Positions 51,289 to 64,000 of a DNA stretch of 64,000 bases are shown piece after piece (the first letter of the stretch is position 1; every line of letters begins with the position of its first letter). The stretch lies in assembly GCA_030704615.1 (NCBI GenBank), contig CM060734.1, positions 36,766,001 through 36,830,000 on the forward strand, read 5' to 3'. The position numbers and the translations under genes are program-made. The stretch comes from Takakia lepidozioides. Taxonomy: Eukaryota > Plantae > Bryophyta. The notes beneath the pieces were generated by a model, which was not told where the DNA came from, ran no database searches, and saw only the letters and a list, made by a program, of their open reading frames with translations.

Positions 51289-54200
51289 TTAACCATGGAG
51301 TCCAATGGATGGGTTCGACCCTCTCCAATCATTCTTCCTTGCAGCTTCCTTGCCACTACCGGGTGCAATGCTGCTGGAAGGCACAAGGGTCTTTACACCA
51401 TGAGCGTGCAAAGGTCCTTTCAGATTGCCATTGGTTTTAGGATGACCCTGCTGCAGTGCCCCATTTCCATGATGAGAAAGTCCTGGGGATATTTTCACCA
51501 GCCCACCTGCATATGCATTGGGCACTCCGGATATCAACATACTTTGCAGAGGACCCAGATTGAGTTCACTAAACTGTTGTTGTTGAAGCTCATATGAGGA
51601 GGCAGCCTGCAGGTGCTGCTGCTGTGGATATGACAACAGCAGTTTTTGAACTTCCTTCGTGGCATCATTGCGTGCTGTAATACAACACAGAAACCCACAG
51701 CTAATTATTCGTCACTTATTACCGCTTCAAACCCAGAATTCTTACTCCATATATACCATGTGTGACAAGTATCTGTCTCTCCATCTCTAAGGAACATCTT
51801 TGACATGTTTGCCTTGTCCCAGCCCAGAAAAAGGGTTCCATGTGTGTTCAATCAAAATCAGGGACACTGAACATTTTCTTCTACATGGTAATGGGTTATT
51901 TCTGAAGATGAGACCTATCTGACAGTCGTCACCAACTTGACTTTGATATGGGCAGAGAAAATACATCCAGCAAAGATAGACATGTACACAAGACTGCTGT
52001 TCGGGAACAGCTTGTATCTGAAGAATAATATGTGAAGAATTGCAACCTCTACTCCTATGCAGTCACCTTGTTAGAGGGGAAGGGACATCTGGAACTACAC
52101 AAGCACAATCAGAATGCTGAGCACACAATAGGTTTCATCCATTCCACCAGGGTTCTTCAGATCAACAAAATATTAAGGCACATAGAGACCTGATCCACTG
52201 ATACAATCTGTCCTACTCACTCACCTTCCTTCAAACATTGGCCTTGTGTGAGAGCTGAGAGTTTTTGCTTCAATGCAATGTTCTCAGCATTCAAAAGAGC
52301 TCGGCGATGTTCATAAAAGGCCACCTGTGGGGTGAGGGTGGAGACCTCTGTCTGCAGTAAAACAGTGACACTTTCAGGAATAAATCAGCCGGATAGACTG
52401 GACAACTTTGTAATTGGACAGTTATTGCTAGTGTGCAATTCAGCCATCAATATTATTACACAAAGAACATCAAGGGAAAACAGAAATGATGGAGAGACAG
52501 TTAATCAAAAACTTGCATGACAAACACAAGATCTTTGCCGATGCATTGGATGTAAGCAAATAACTCCAAATTATGCGTTCTTCAAGTGAAATTGTGCAAC
52601 TCTAGCATGTGTATAACTGTTTGCACCCTCAAAAATATACGATTGTACACTGCTGGAGAGTACCCTCATGCCATGCAAGTGATGATATGTTGCAAAGATG
52701 CAACCTGATTACAAACTACCCACACAGGACCCAGGAATTACTGATGATCGGGTGTCCATCCCAATACATAGATAAAGCAACATTAGATAGCATCATTAAC
52801 ACTCTTGGTCCTCTTCCTTCATCTCTTCCTTTCTGTCATCAGCCTGGCTCTGAGCTGTTTAGAATCATACCGGACCTAAGGTTACCTCTACATGCAGGGT
52901 ACTTATAACTGAGTAGATCTATCTCATCCACTCTGAGACGCCAGCAACTTTCCAGATTTTGCACATATGGGTACCTGTAATGCGTTCACACTAACTTCAA
53001 GCTCAGAGATGTACTGCAGCTTTCGCACCCGCGACCGTTGGGCTGATTGTCTGTTTGCAAGAATCCTGCAGCAGAATGCACGTGGACATCAAGAAGATAT
53101 GGATGCCTGACAAAGTGGAGTAACAGGAGAGGCTACAAGAGCAGAGATTACCTCTTTGCCTTCCTTGGATCGAGACTCGAATCAATCTCTGTAAAAGATG
53201 TAGCACCGTCTCCTTGATGAAGAGAGTGGTCACCCTCGCTGATACTTTGGACTTCAGGTTCGCTCTTGTATCTTTCTAACCCTCCGGCTCTAAAGTCATC
53301 GCTGGAGACTTCACTATGGCTGTTGCTATCACAAACCTTTGACTGGTTTTGAAGGGTCACAAGATTTAAAACTTGTGTTTTTGCATTCTCTGATTTCCAA
53401 ACATCTTTCAAAGAGCTGGGGACCACCTTGGTTGGTAAATGTTTCATCCCTCTCTCTGATCTCCAGCTATTGCTCGTATTGCTGGCTCTCATAACATTGG
53501 TGGGAGCAGTTGCTCGTGTGGCAGTTACCTCAGCTGCCTGATTGGCTGGTCTTGAAAAGGGTTCGATGTCGGCAAACATGCACATGAGTTGCTCTTCATC
53601 CAGCCTAGCATTCAAAGAATTACTAAATAGTCAATCTTCACTTTATCATGTTGCTAGGAAGGTAAAACCCTGAGGTTAGGACAGACAAACGAGTGGCACA
53701 AACCTCATATATTGGCAAATGCTCCTTCACAGCACACTTGTGTTTTTGATATCTGGGTTGAGTAATGGATAGATATACAAAAGAAGCACACATATGTAGC
53801 GCCCAACAATGTAACAACAATGTGAAAAATACAATCTTAAGCCATTAAACAAAGGAATGCAGACATAAAGATTTGAGTATTCTCCTCTTCTTCCTAGATG
53901 ATCATTCTAACTGGAAACAATGAGTCCGGTAGCACACCCACCTATCAAAATTTGTAGAACTGCATCCTGCCCTCCGCAACAAGGCTGCACTACGAACCTC
54001 AAATTCACCCTCCTCTGCAATGTTGTCATCAATTCTGGAAAAAGTCCGAGGGCTTTCAAGGAAGGCCAAGGAATCACTTGACGCACGCCTATGTGAGCCT
54101 TTTCTCAGTTCTGGAGTCTCAAATACCTCCTCCAGCCAAGAAGGTTGCATTGGTGGAAGATAACCTGCCGATGGAGTGCGTCTATGCCCACCACTACGCA

Positions 54201-54378
54201 TTGGATAACTGGAACGAACATCGAATGCTTCCGCATTTGCATTCGACTCCCAAAGGCTAGAATCAAAAGTGGAGAAAGCAGGGCTCCTTGGAGGCAGGTG
54301 GGTTGGGTTATTCATAGGGAAAGACCAGTTCACAGCCCTCCCTGCACATGTTCCTGTAGAATGACTTTCCATTTCCAT
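51289..54378 (-). CDS. Group E bZIP transcription factor (bZIP34/bZIP61-like)
   Basis: Exons 54378-53942, 53604-53152, 53065-52975, 52351-52225 and 51674-51289. Motifs HRRASSDSLAFLE, FDRLDEEQLMCMFAD and [30 protein letters not shown]. Confidence 0.92.
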
Positions 54379-57300
54379 CGGAAATTGAAATCCTAAGATT
54401 CGTACTGGTGCATACCCTGCGGCAACAACATACAGTCGGGTCAGAAGGTATGCACTACCTTCTTTGGGGACAGAGAAGCTATGATCCAGGGAGCTATAAG
54501 TGTAACACACCAGAGGACATGAGAGAAAGAGCGAGTAGAAGGAACACGTTTTCATTGAATGATAAACTTCTGTCCGTTGTATATAACGAACATCAATGGA
54601 CAAAAGACCAACCTCCTAAACAAGTCCTGCAGCAGCCCTGACCTTTGATCGACAAGGAAGCATGCAGACTGCCAAAATGTCCATATGCTTGAGAATGACT
54701 GTCACAGCATCTTCCACCTCTCTATTTGCTCCATAGACGCTGAATCGCGGCCCAACAGAGGATGTTATTTGATGAACTGATCTGCATTTTCCCATTCACG
54801 TGACACTCCATAGAGATACATGAATCCTCAGTCCCAAGATTGTCAGGCCTGCCTCAATGCCCTGCAAAACACAACTTTCTTCACTTCTTTATCGAGGCGG
54901 TACTGGTTTAAGTCAATATAAGCTGTTTAAAAAATGCCTATACCAAAGCTCCAAACTACTAATATGGTTTCATGCGCTTTCAACATCTTGTGAGTAAAGA
55001 AAGGATTAACTTAAATATCCCGAAAAAAATAACTTTCGCAGCCGGTTGACTGCTGAAGACATTTCCAATGCACAGAATACGAGATGCTTTCAATCCGAAA
55101 GCTGAGGACACTTCCTATACTACATTTCCTTTCAGACAAAGTTGCTAAGCAGCCCCCTAATCATCAGGGTCTAAACTCTAAACCTGCAATCGACTCAGCC
55201 ACTTCCGCTACTGAACATCTCCATTTCCAATCCAGCTGAGCAAAGAAACAACACAGCAACACTCCATCGCACTCTCCAGTACACTAAACCATTCCCTCGT
55301 ACCGCAAAAGTCGAGCAGGACTGCAGCTCCTTCCAACGTCCACCTCTCCGGCACCAGACTGTTTCGAATAACCCACAACCCCTGCCGCCCCCGACCAACA
55401 CCCTAGCTCACCGGGGTCTAGAGATCCAGCGTCAAGCGCAGCAGCACGCGAACCACCATTGCTGCTGGACCTTCTAGACCCCGGCGACCATGTCACGGTG
55501 GAAGGGAGCCCAGAGATGGTGAAGGCGGGCGCAGCGAGCCGGACAAGCCCCTCTCTCCTGTCACGCGTCTGGCCTTGAATCCTCTTTGCCTCCGTGCCTT
55601 TATTGTAACTAATTTTACGCCCCGTCTACCTGGTGCCAGCCTTGCACCCCCCTCAGCTTCTCTTTATTTCGACCACATCGTCACCCGCCAACGTTTAATG
55701 TCATGCATAACGTCCGTCGTCCACAGTTGAACGAACTGGGGGCATCTCGCATCTACAATGCATCCCACCACTGCATGGGGTGATGGGGTGTGATTATTAT
55801 AGCTCGCCTCGTAAGTAGTGGTGGAATCCCCAACAAAAGTGCTTGTCAGAGCTCGTGTGTGGGAAGCCCCCAAGAATTTCACCCTTCCTAAATCTGTTGA
55901 TAGGTCAGCTGTAAAATTAGGTCAATCATTAAACAGAAAAAGAAAAAAACCACTGGGAATTCAGACCTTTAATTACATTGAGAGGGAATTCCAAGCAGTA
56001 ACCTCACCATGAGGCACCAGGCACTGCCTACCACAGGCAGAGAAGGTGTGCACCTTCCCAACCGAAGGTGGTACCTCTTCGGATGAACAAAACCATGCTT
56101 TGCCAAGTGTTAACCTTGCTTCTTCTGCCATAAACAACTGGTAACAGGATTTGGACCTATTGGAGTGACAAAACCCAAGGTTTAGGCCATAATTAGATTA
56201 TTATTCAAATAGTTCGGTTGCTATAGGCTGTTGTATGAGGCAATCTCTTTTTCATAGTACTTTCAAAGGTTGGATTAAAGATCTCATGCTTTTGCGTATA
56301 GTGCAGACACAAACCTTGTCTGGAGTATATTTCCCTGCACTTCCAGTTACAGTGAAGATGCTTCGCCAATAGCACTGACATGACACATTGTCCAGTTCTA
56401 AGTAGCTGATATGGTTTGCAGTGTTGAATTAGCTGTCCTCTATATGCCCTTTAGAGTTCCTGTGATGCTTCTCTGAGACATACCACCACGACCAAGGTAG
56501 CACTTGTGCTTTCTGAATGCATGAATTGCTGGACATTCATTTTTACTTACCGCTTTCATAGGAGAAATATGCAATCCCATAGACACATAATGCTTTACAT
56601 TGCTTGAGGGATTCACAGGGGAAAAGTTCATTCATACTGCACCCCACCACCCACAATTATCCCCACGTCAGCTAATAATACATGGGCAATAACTTAAAAC
56701 AAATGTAACATGACAATCTTGTACTGCTCCAGGGCCTCTCAAAGCTCTTTGCAGTATGGAATGCCTCTCTCATATCACTTCCTAGCAATTTATCTCATGC
56801 CAACTTCAACAATTGACTCAACTTCAGTCCATCATCGTGAGATGCAAATGCAAACTGCATTTGCACGCTGGCCACACCCTTGGACAAAATGAGACAACTT
56901 GGCCAACAGTGAAGCAATCCAGGGTGCACCTGTCAGATTTTCCAGCAGTTGAAACTAGGTATAGCAAGGAAGATGAAAAACATGAAGAGATAGTGGTTTG
57001 CAAAGATGGTTGACCTATGGTGCAGCACTTGATGCAGGCAAATTTTTATCCTTTATCTTCAATACGGTTCATTGACAGGCTTTGTTTTGGTTTTAAGAAA
57101 GAAAAATCTAATGGGTCCTCTCCAGGCTATTAATTATGTACTATTATTCCCAGCATGTCCCATTTTACCAAAGGCCACTGCAGTTGCACTCAAGAAAGAA
57201 AGGACAAACCTATGTCGCAAGAGTCATAAAAAGGGACAGAACTGTGGGGATTGCAGAGGCTATTAAGGCCAGAACATTTGACAAAAAAAATCTGAGTAAA

Positions 57301-59913
57301 TCACTCAACTACATTGGTGCACTTCAACCAAAGTTGGGGTTGTCATCAACCACCATGGGTAATCGAGATGGTAAAGTTAAGCAAAGCAATCGAGATGGTC
57401 TCAAAAGCAAGTTCAATTTGTTACTAGCATCCAGTGTAGCATATCCCTATTATTGTTAGCAAACCATGCTATAAGAAAAAAAATCTGCTCCATACAACAC
57501 TTCATAACAATGATGTAGATGATAACATGATCCACAGAGACATTTCTTGTCTCCTCGGGTTGGTTACTTTGATACATATAGCTCATGCTAAAGGAACTTA
57601 GTGTTCTCCTTGAAATCACTAGACAATCATCCATGGAGGAATGACTGTGTGTAAAGGAAAGAGGCCAAGAGCAACAACACATGCACTAACCTCAGTCCCA
57701 GAAAGTCAAGGATATTTGATGCGAGAGTGTCGCGCTTATGGACTGTAAACAGCTGCAGCTTTCTGAAGCAGCAGTCACCCGCCAGGGCAGCAACCATCGT
57801 TGGAACAGGTCAATCCGGTTGCAGTTAGAAATAACTCCCAATATACTGCCAAAGTTGTTACCTTTGTTCATGCAATGTGTGTGTGACTTTGGGCTCAGAC
57901 AGCACCAGCTAACAAACAGGTCAATGTATTTTGGAGGTGTAAGATGGTGTCAGTAAGATATAAGAATCCTAGTCTGTAAGCCTCATTGTTCAATGAAATA
58001 CCAACCTCTCTTCCAAGTGGCCTTTATCTGGGAGATCCCCACTCAAATATTGTCTAGCCCGTGACAAAACACTGCAATGCTGCAGCAAAGCATACACCGA
58101 CCAAGTTTAGATCCGACAGGCGCCACACAAATGCCTGATACATATCCTTGGGCTCTACAGTTTTTCATGCCGAAAACACAATATCAGCTCTAGTTAGTTT
58201 GGATGTACACTCCAGCCTAAAGGATGTAAAGGATACTGCAGAAATACCTTTTGTCAGCCTAAAGGATGGGTTTTCTGTTTCCCAATGAGGATTTATAACA
58301 AAACATTCATACTGGGTCCTACTTTTGAGTTTCAGCATTACTTCCAGCTGCCTAGCAAACATTCACAACCTCCATCTGGCAGATGTTCATGCGTTCAGCT
58401 CATGTTTACACTTGAAGGATAAAACCTTGCAAAACATTCTGTTTTTCAATTGATATGCAAATTTGACAATTATTCCAGAGTATGAATATCCAAGCAAAAC
58501 AAAGTATTGGATGGCCAATCAACTCTGGCTGTAACTCTTTACTACAGTAGCAGCACCCTGGGTTCAGAATATGAGTCTGCTCCCTGCATGCACCCCACGC
58601 TAATAATGCAGGAGTGCTGGGTCAAGGGAGTGTACCAACAGTGAGTACGTTGGTCTTATTGTGCAAAGGAGTTTTGCTAATACACGAATGTTGCAAAACT
58701 GACAATAATCACAATCCAATATAAGAGGACTCTTTATTCTATGATTCAGCCTGACAAAGAATTTGGTCTCAATATTAGCCAGACAAAATACCAAAGAGAT
58801 TCCCTGCAGTGAAGACGATGGAGGAGGGTGACAGGCGTGCTTGCTTGTTAGACCAGCCATGTATGAGTATGGAGTTCCTCACCCTTCCCACGCACACGAG
58901 CGAACCACAAGAAACCTTCCTTGCCCCCATCTGCCCCTCCTCTATCCCCCAAGAAAAGATAGGGAGGAGCCAAACGGCTCATGGGCATTAGGATCCCTGA
59001 GCAAATATGCATACTATAAAAGAAGAGAAGATACAAGGGAGATGGTGGCGAGGTTTGACCATTTTAAGGCAGAGATGGCAGCAAAGAATGGGGCTGCCAC
59101 AGCAGCCTCCAACTACAGCAGCATTGCCTGCATCCAAGTTTGGCAGCTGTGTCAGCAATCAGTTCCCACCGATGAAAGCATTGTTAATAACTGCAAACAG
59201 CCTGCAAAATTCAGATGTATTTTCTACTGTGGCAGAAGTAGCACATTGGTACCAATCTATAGCTAAATTGGCCTGCATCTTGCTGTGAAATGTATGCTTG
59301 TGCAGCGCCTCTCAGAGGCATTTCCATGAAGAGCAGAATAGGGTTTAGACTGAAAATAATAGGTCAGTGAAAGGGAAGTTACTTACTCTTTGGCGGATGA
59401 CCTCATTCCCGGTCGACATTATATGCCACATTTGTGACACGCGGTTGATGCCAAATAGAAGACTAAGCTCTAATAATTCTAATCCTGCGAATCCTGCTAA
59501 TCCTCTGAATGGTTGCATGGCAGGATTTAAGCAATGGGCAGGGACTCAGTTTTATGGAACAGAGGAGATCTCTGCAGACAGGAGTTGTCCTCTATGAGAC
59601 GATTGTGACTGCTAATATCAGATGGCTCCACTGCTGACGAAAATTGCAACGTTCCAAAGAGGTTGGTGTGGATCCAGTGGAGGGCTATGTCTGAGAAATT
59701 CTTGGGCAGCTGGTGGTACTGGACTTGGAGGGGAGTGAACTCATGCATCTCTGGGCCGGCGACTCCAAATATCATCGTACTACTGGTTTGCATAATTGTA
59801 TACATGGACAGATATTGTAAAAATGGATTCGAAAATGATCCTGTTTTGCAACTATAATGCAGGCAACTATTAAAATGAAAGGCAAAAGAATGAAAGACAA
59901 AACACGCACAAAC

Positions 59914-60181
59914 CTGTGTTTTTATCCTGCGTGAGAATAGTGTTGGAACAACTTTCTGCAATGCAGGTAAAACGTATCGCAGCATGGTATGCTCTTCCAC
60001 GGAGGGAATTGCCAAATCACAAGATTCTAGAGCTGAACCTTGTAATGGACTCCCTGTGGTTGGTCTTACTTGCATTCGGATTGCAGATAATCTGACTGCG
60101 CTAGGAACCTCAAGAGGAGGAAGTAAAGAAAAAAGCGTGGCATAGTGTGAGCGCTCCAGTAATTTGACGTTTACAGCCTTC
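59914..60181 (-). other. Exon-like open segment of an unresolved gene or pseudogene
   Basis: Open frame bounded by CAG| and |GTTTGT (KAVNVKLLERSHYATLF...RRIKTQ). Neighbouring exons could not be joined without stops. Confidence 0.3.
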
Positions 60182-61171
60182 TGCATTCCATCAGTTGCAT
60201 ACATAGACTTGCTTAGGAACGTCTCATGCAAATAAAACTTTCAGATGACCAAGATCTTACTGTACAGAATCATACAGTAGCCATTTGGATGCTGATCTAT
60301 TTGTAAGGACAGATGAACACTGTGGATGAATAGAAGGAAAGAGAGATAGTTCAAAGGGCCTTGTGAACAGCCTGTGGCAACGCCTCAGTTTTAGCACAAG
60401 ACATCTTATGGTTCCTTCTTGCGTTTGGACATAAAATCTTAGTGTGTAGTAGGGGTCAAAATTGTATTACGACTAAATAACCTTGCAAGTCATCAAGGCA
60501 GCTAGTGTATTATCTCTCAATCTAGCTGCTGTTAAGCAGTTCCAGTGTACGGAGTTTTGGGGAAATCAAATTGCTTCCCCTACTCTCAGCTAGTATAGAA
60601 GGCCATGTAACAGACGCAGACTGGAGTCATGATTTCTCCAGCACAGACGCAGGGACACGTTAATAAAACAAGAATGGCTACTCAAGCAGCACTGTATGAT
60701 TCAAGCCTTCCGATAAGAATCCGGCTATGGTGTTCTCCTAGGCCTTAAATAACAAAAACTACAGAACAACAAGGACAGGTAAGAAGCACCAAAACTCCAA
60801 AACACCTGAGCTGTTTCCGCACGTCGTTCCCTCCGTCCCAAAGCCTCGCAGAGTTCGCAGAGTTCGGTTCCTGGCAGACGAAAGATGAAACGCCATCGTC
60901 AAAGGCATCCGGGCTTCTTCGCTGCTGTGCCGCAGTCAGCGCGGCAGCAATGGCATGGCTTGGCACACAGTGCCGTCCAAATCTTACTCCCATGTACGTT
61001 GCGAGTTGGCCGATGACAATTTCGCGAGCGGATTCTGTGGAATGTGGCCAACCTAATTTTAGCACACTCTTTTCAGATGTAGTTACAGATAACTAGTACT
61101 TAGTAGTACCAACAAGGTGGATTCTCTTACTTTATATTTTTATTGTTTTTACTCTACTTTTAATGGTGGAC

Positions 61172-61192
61172 ATATATATATATATATATATA
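61172..61192. repeat. (AT)n microsatellite
   Basis: atatatatatatatatatata. Confidence 0.9.
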
Positions 61193-62505
61193 TTGGATAT
61201 ACTACCTAGTACCTTGGTGGATTTTATTTTTGTTTTTTGAGGAAGATGATAGGGGAAGAGGGCCTTCATGGACTCAAACTGAAAATAATTACTATTTCAA
61301 TTAATTGTTCAATACAAAAGGGGCTCATAGGTATACGTTTGGTACACTTGGTTGGACTGTTATATGTACACCGGATTTTTAAGGATCAGAGTGAATAAGA
61401 CTTGTAAGACTTTTCTCGGAGGGAAGTGGACTGCGATGGTGTGTTCGATAGGATGATATATGCATCCAAGGAATGCAAAAATGATACTTCAACTTGGTAC
61501 CATTCTTTCTTGGTCTTGGTCTCTAGAGTACCTAATAACTTAAAGCGGCCCAAAACAACACAACAGTCCGGTCAAGGTCCCCTTCTCCACCGAACATGGC
61601 CACCCAACTTGCACCCGGTCCATCCCTCGAAATCACTCCATAGCCAACCGAAATCAGTTACATTGCTCATCATCAGATCTTACCAAAGTCGGCCGATAAT
61701 GTCAACTAGCAACAACCCCATCATGGCTGTTTGAAGGTTGGTAGAGATAGCAAATCCTTTGGGCAACCTGTCATAGGTAATATCAATCCTGTGACCATCC
61801 ACCAAAATCTAAACACAACTGGCAAGTGCAAAACTTGATTCACTCTACCCTTCAATATTCTGAATTCCAGGGCTTCTTTCAAAAACATTAGAAAAATCAA
61901 AATTGTCGGCTGTCGCTCCCAAGTTTCCTTTTGTTTTTAGTCAAAGGGTAGTACAGTAGGAACAGAGAGGCCGGTGTGACAGTACAAGTGTCGTTACTGT
62001 CGTGCCCGGGCTTATCCAGGACCCCAGTCAATCGCAGCTTTTCACACGGGGTTCTATAAAACTGGTTTACCCAGCATGTTCCACGCAGAATCGCCTGGTA
62101 TGTCGAGCATTATGAGCGGAATGCTGTAATCTGTGGACCCCTGAGTGTAACAGACGACAGATTAGACTTTTCCGCAACAACGGTTTGCATAACTAACCTC
62201 CATGGTTTACTGTGACGCAGTATCCAAGCAGGAATGTCTCAGAAAGAGCAATTTCTGATATGACTACGCACGAGCGGAAGAGGGAAGGGGGGTAATAAGT
62301 AATAACTTAAAAGGGAGCCCCGTTGTAGGGAAGTGTAGTACAAGTAGCGGGTCTTAGGCGTCCTGTACGTTTTGCTGGGGCGGCTGAAGCGGGGCATGGA
62401 GGATAAGACTGGGATTGGGTGTGTTTATAGCCAGGATTTATGAGCTTGTCTGCTCGTGGATCCATGGTGGATTGATGCAGTTTGTGTAAAGAGAGATCGA
62501 GGAGA

Positions 62506-63472
62506 ATGGGCAAGTGTAATGGCAGGTGGTGGGTATTGTGGGTGCTGCTGAGCTTGGTGGTGCTGCTAGAGGTGAGAAGAGCTGAGGCGGGTGGAGGGTC
62601 GGGTGATGGTGGTGGAGGGGACAGCCCTCCGCCGAATCTTCGAGCGAAGAAGCTCATTTTGACCAAAGTGTATTGTCTGATCGTTGTGTTTTTCGCTACT
62701 TTTTTTGGAGGGATTTCTCCATACTTTTTGCGATGGAACCAGGCGTTTCTTGTTCTGGGAACGCAATTTGCAGGCGGAGTGTTCCTTGCGACTGCCTTCA
62801 TCCATTTCTTGAGCGATGCGCACAACACCTTCGCGAGCCTAACCACCAACCCCTACTCTTTTGCGGAGATGCTGGCTGTGGCCGGGTACCTCCTCACCAT
62901 GTTTGCAGACACGATCATCCAGTGGGTCTATTCCCGATCCCCCGCACCTTCCTCCGCCAGGGTTGACATGGAGCATTGCGCCAAAGGTATGTCTGCGTTT
63001 CAAACTGCACTCGTTACTTGCAGGGAGCAGATAAGGGAAGGGATTATTTGTTAGAGAGACGTGTCTTGAGCGAAAAGATGGAAGGAGAGGGTGAGAGAGT
63101 TGGCGTAAGGCAAGAAGCTATTGGGCTGCGCTTAGTAGACGCTTCCGGGTCGGGCAGCGACCTCAGTCCAATGTGAGTTTTCTTTCTTTCTTTCTTCCTC
63201 CCTTTGAGCTTCCCCAGGACTTTGTAAAGTAAATTTCTTTCTTTCTTCATTACAGAGCTCTGCCTCACTACTTGTGGTGGATACTTCAAACCTTTCTGAG
63301 AAAGTGTTGAAAGTAGTGCAGACATCCTGAGTGGTGCGGTGGTGTGCAGAGGTGCAGGAGAATGAGGAGATGCAGGTGCTAGGCCGTAAAACGTCTCTAG
63401 GCGATGCATTGTTGCTCGTATTGGCCCTCTGTTTTCACTCTGTGTTTGAGGGCATTGCCATTGGCGTAGCAG
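62506..63472 (+). CDS. ZIP family zinc/metal transporter (ZIP2/ZIP11-like), 5' part; continues beyond the window
   Basis: Exons 62506-62986 and 63350-63472. Signal peptide, [36 protein letters not shown] and [15 protein letters not shown]. Confidence 0.93.
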
Positions 63473-64000
63473 GTTGGTTCTCTACTTCCACGGGCACTTC
63501 TCCCACTGCGGTTTATTGGGAATGCAGCGGTGGATCATAGGAACATGATGCCCACATTGGCTGCATTCACAGGGACTTTGGGGGGGGGGGGGGGAGAGGG
63601 CGGAATCAGTAGCAAACTGATGACTGATGAATGCTTTCTTTGACTGGAGATCTTGTGCAAGGAGGTCAAAATCAGTTACGTAGTGCAGTACAGATTGCAT
63701 GACTTGTAGATTACTCTCAATTGCCCTGACGCAGGGACCACTTGATCTCCCAATCTCCTTCCACAATTTGTACATAGACTGAACCCTAGCAGCGTTCGTT
63801 ACCATATAATAACCTTTGATGCTATCAAATGACAATATGTTGACCAGTGGTTTGAGTGAGTGCAAATTGTTGTCTTATCCTCTACCACATAAAAGGCAAC
63901 TCAAGGAGTGAAGCTGTGATTCATCTCATGGCAGCATTCTCACCTCTTCATAAAAGATATTGCAAAAAACTTTAATCTTGCTATGGAATCAAACATGTAG

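Noticed and set aside
62100-62111. ATGTCGAGCAT as a zinc-deficiency response element
   Set aside because: It differs from RTGTCGACAY by an insertion, so it is not supported.

Overview
Eukaryotic nuclear DNA with GT-AG introns, from a non-seed land plant and most likely a bryophyte (judged from gene content and moss-type MITEs). Host genes: an intact aldo-keto reductase (AKR, 39545-42970, -), a NERD-domain gene (12353-17025, -) head-to-head with an intronless F-box gene (17404-18588, +), a large POWERDRESS/NCoR-like SANT protein (19425-29923, -), a group-E bZIP (51289-54378, -) and the 5' part of a ZIP metal transporter (62506 onward, +). The left end is a rearranged duplicate: AKR exons 1-4, an inverted exon-5 segment, then a junction into a copy of NERD intron 3. 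This could give an in-frame AKR-NERD chimera. There are two transposon nests. At 3.7-11.4 kb: CRE-like and L1/Tx1 reverse transcriptase (RT) relics plus a complete TTAA-flanked piggyBac carrying a second ORF. At 43.5-50.1 kb: a piggyBac-derived shell holding a pogo transposase relic and MITEs. Both piggyBacs sit at an equivalent TTAA near the 5' end of diverged copies of one LTR family. All calls come from reading the sequence by eye; no searches were run.
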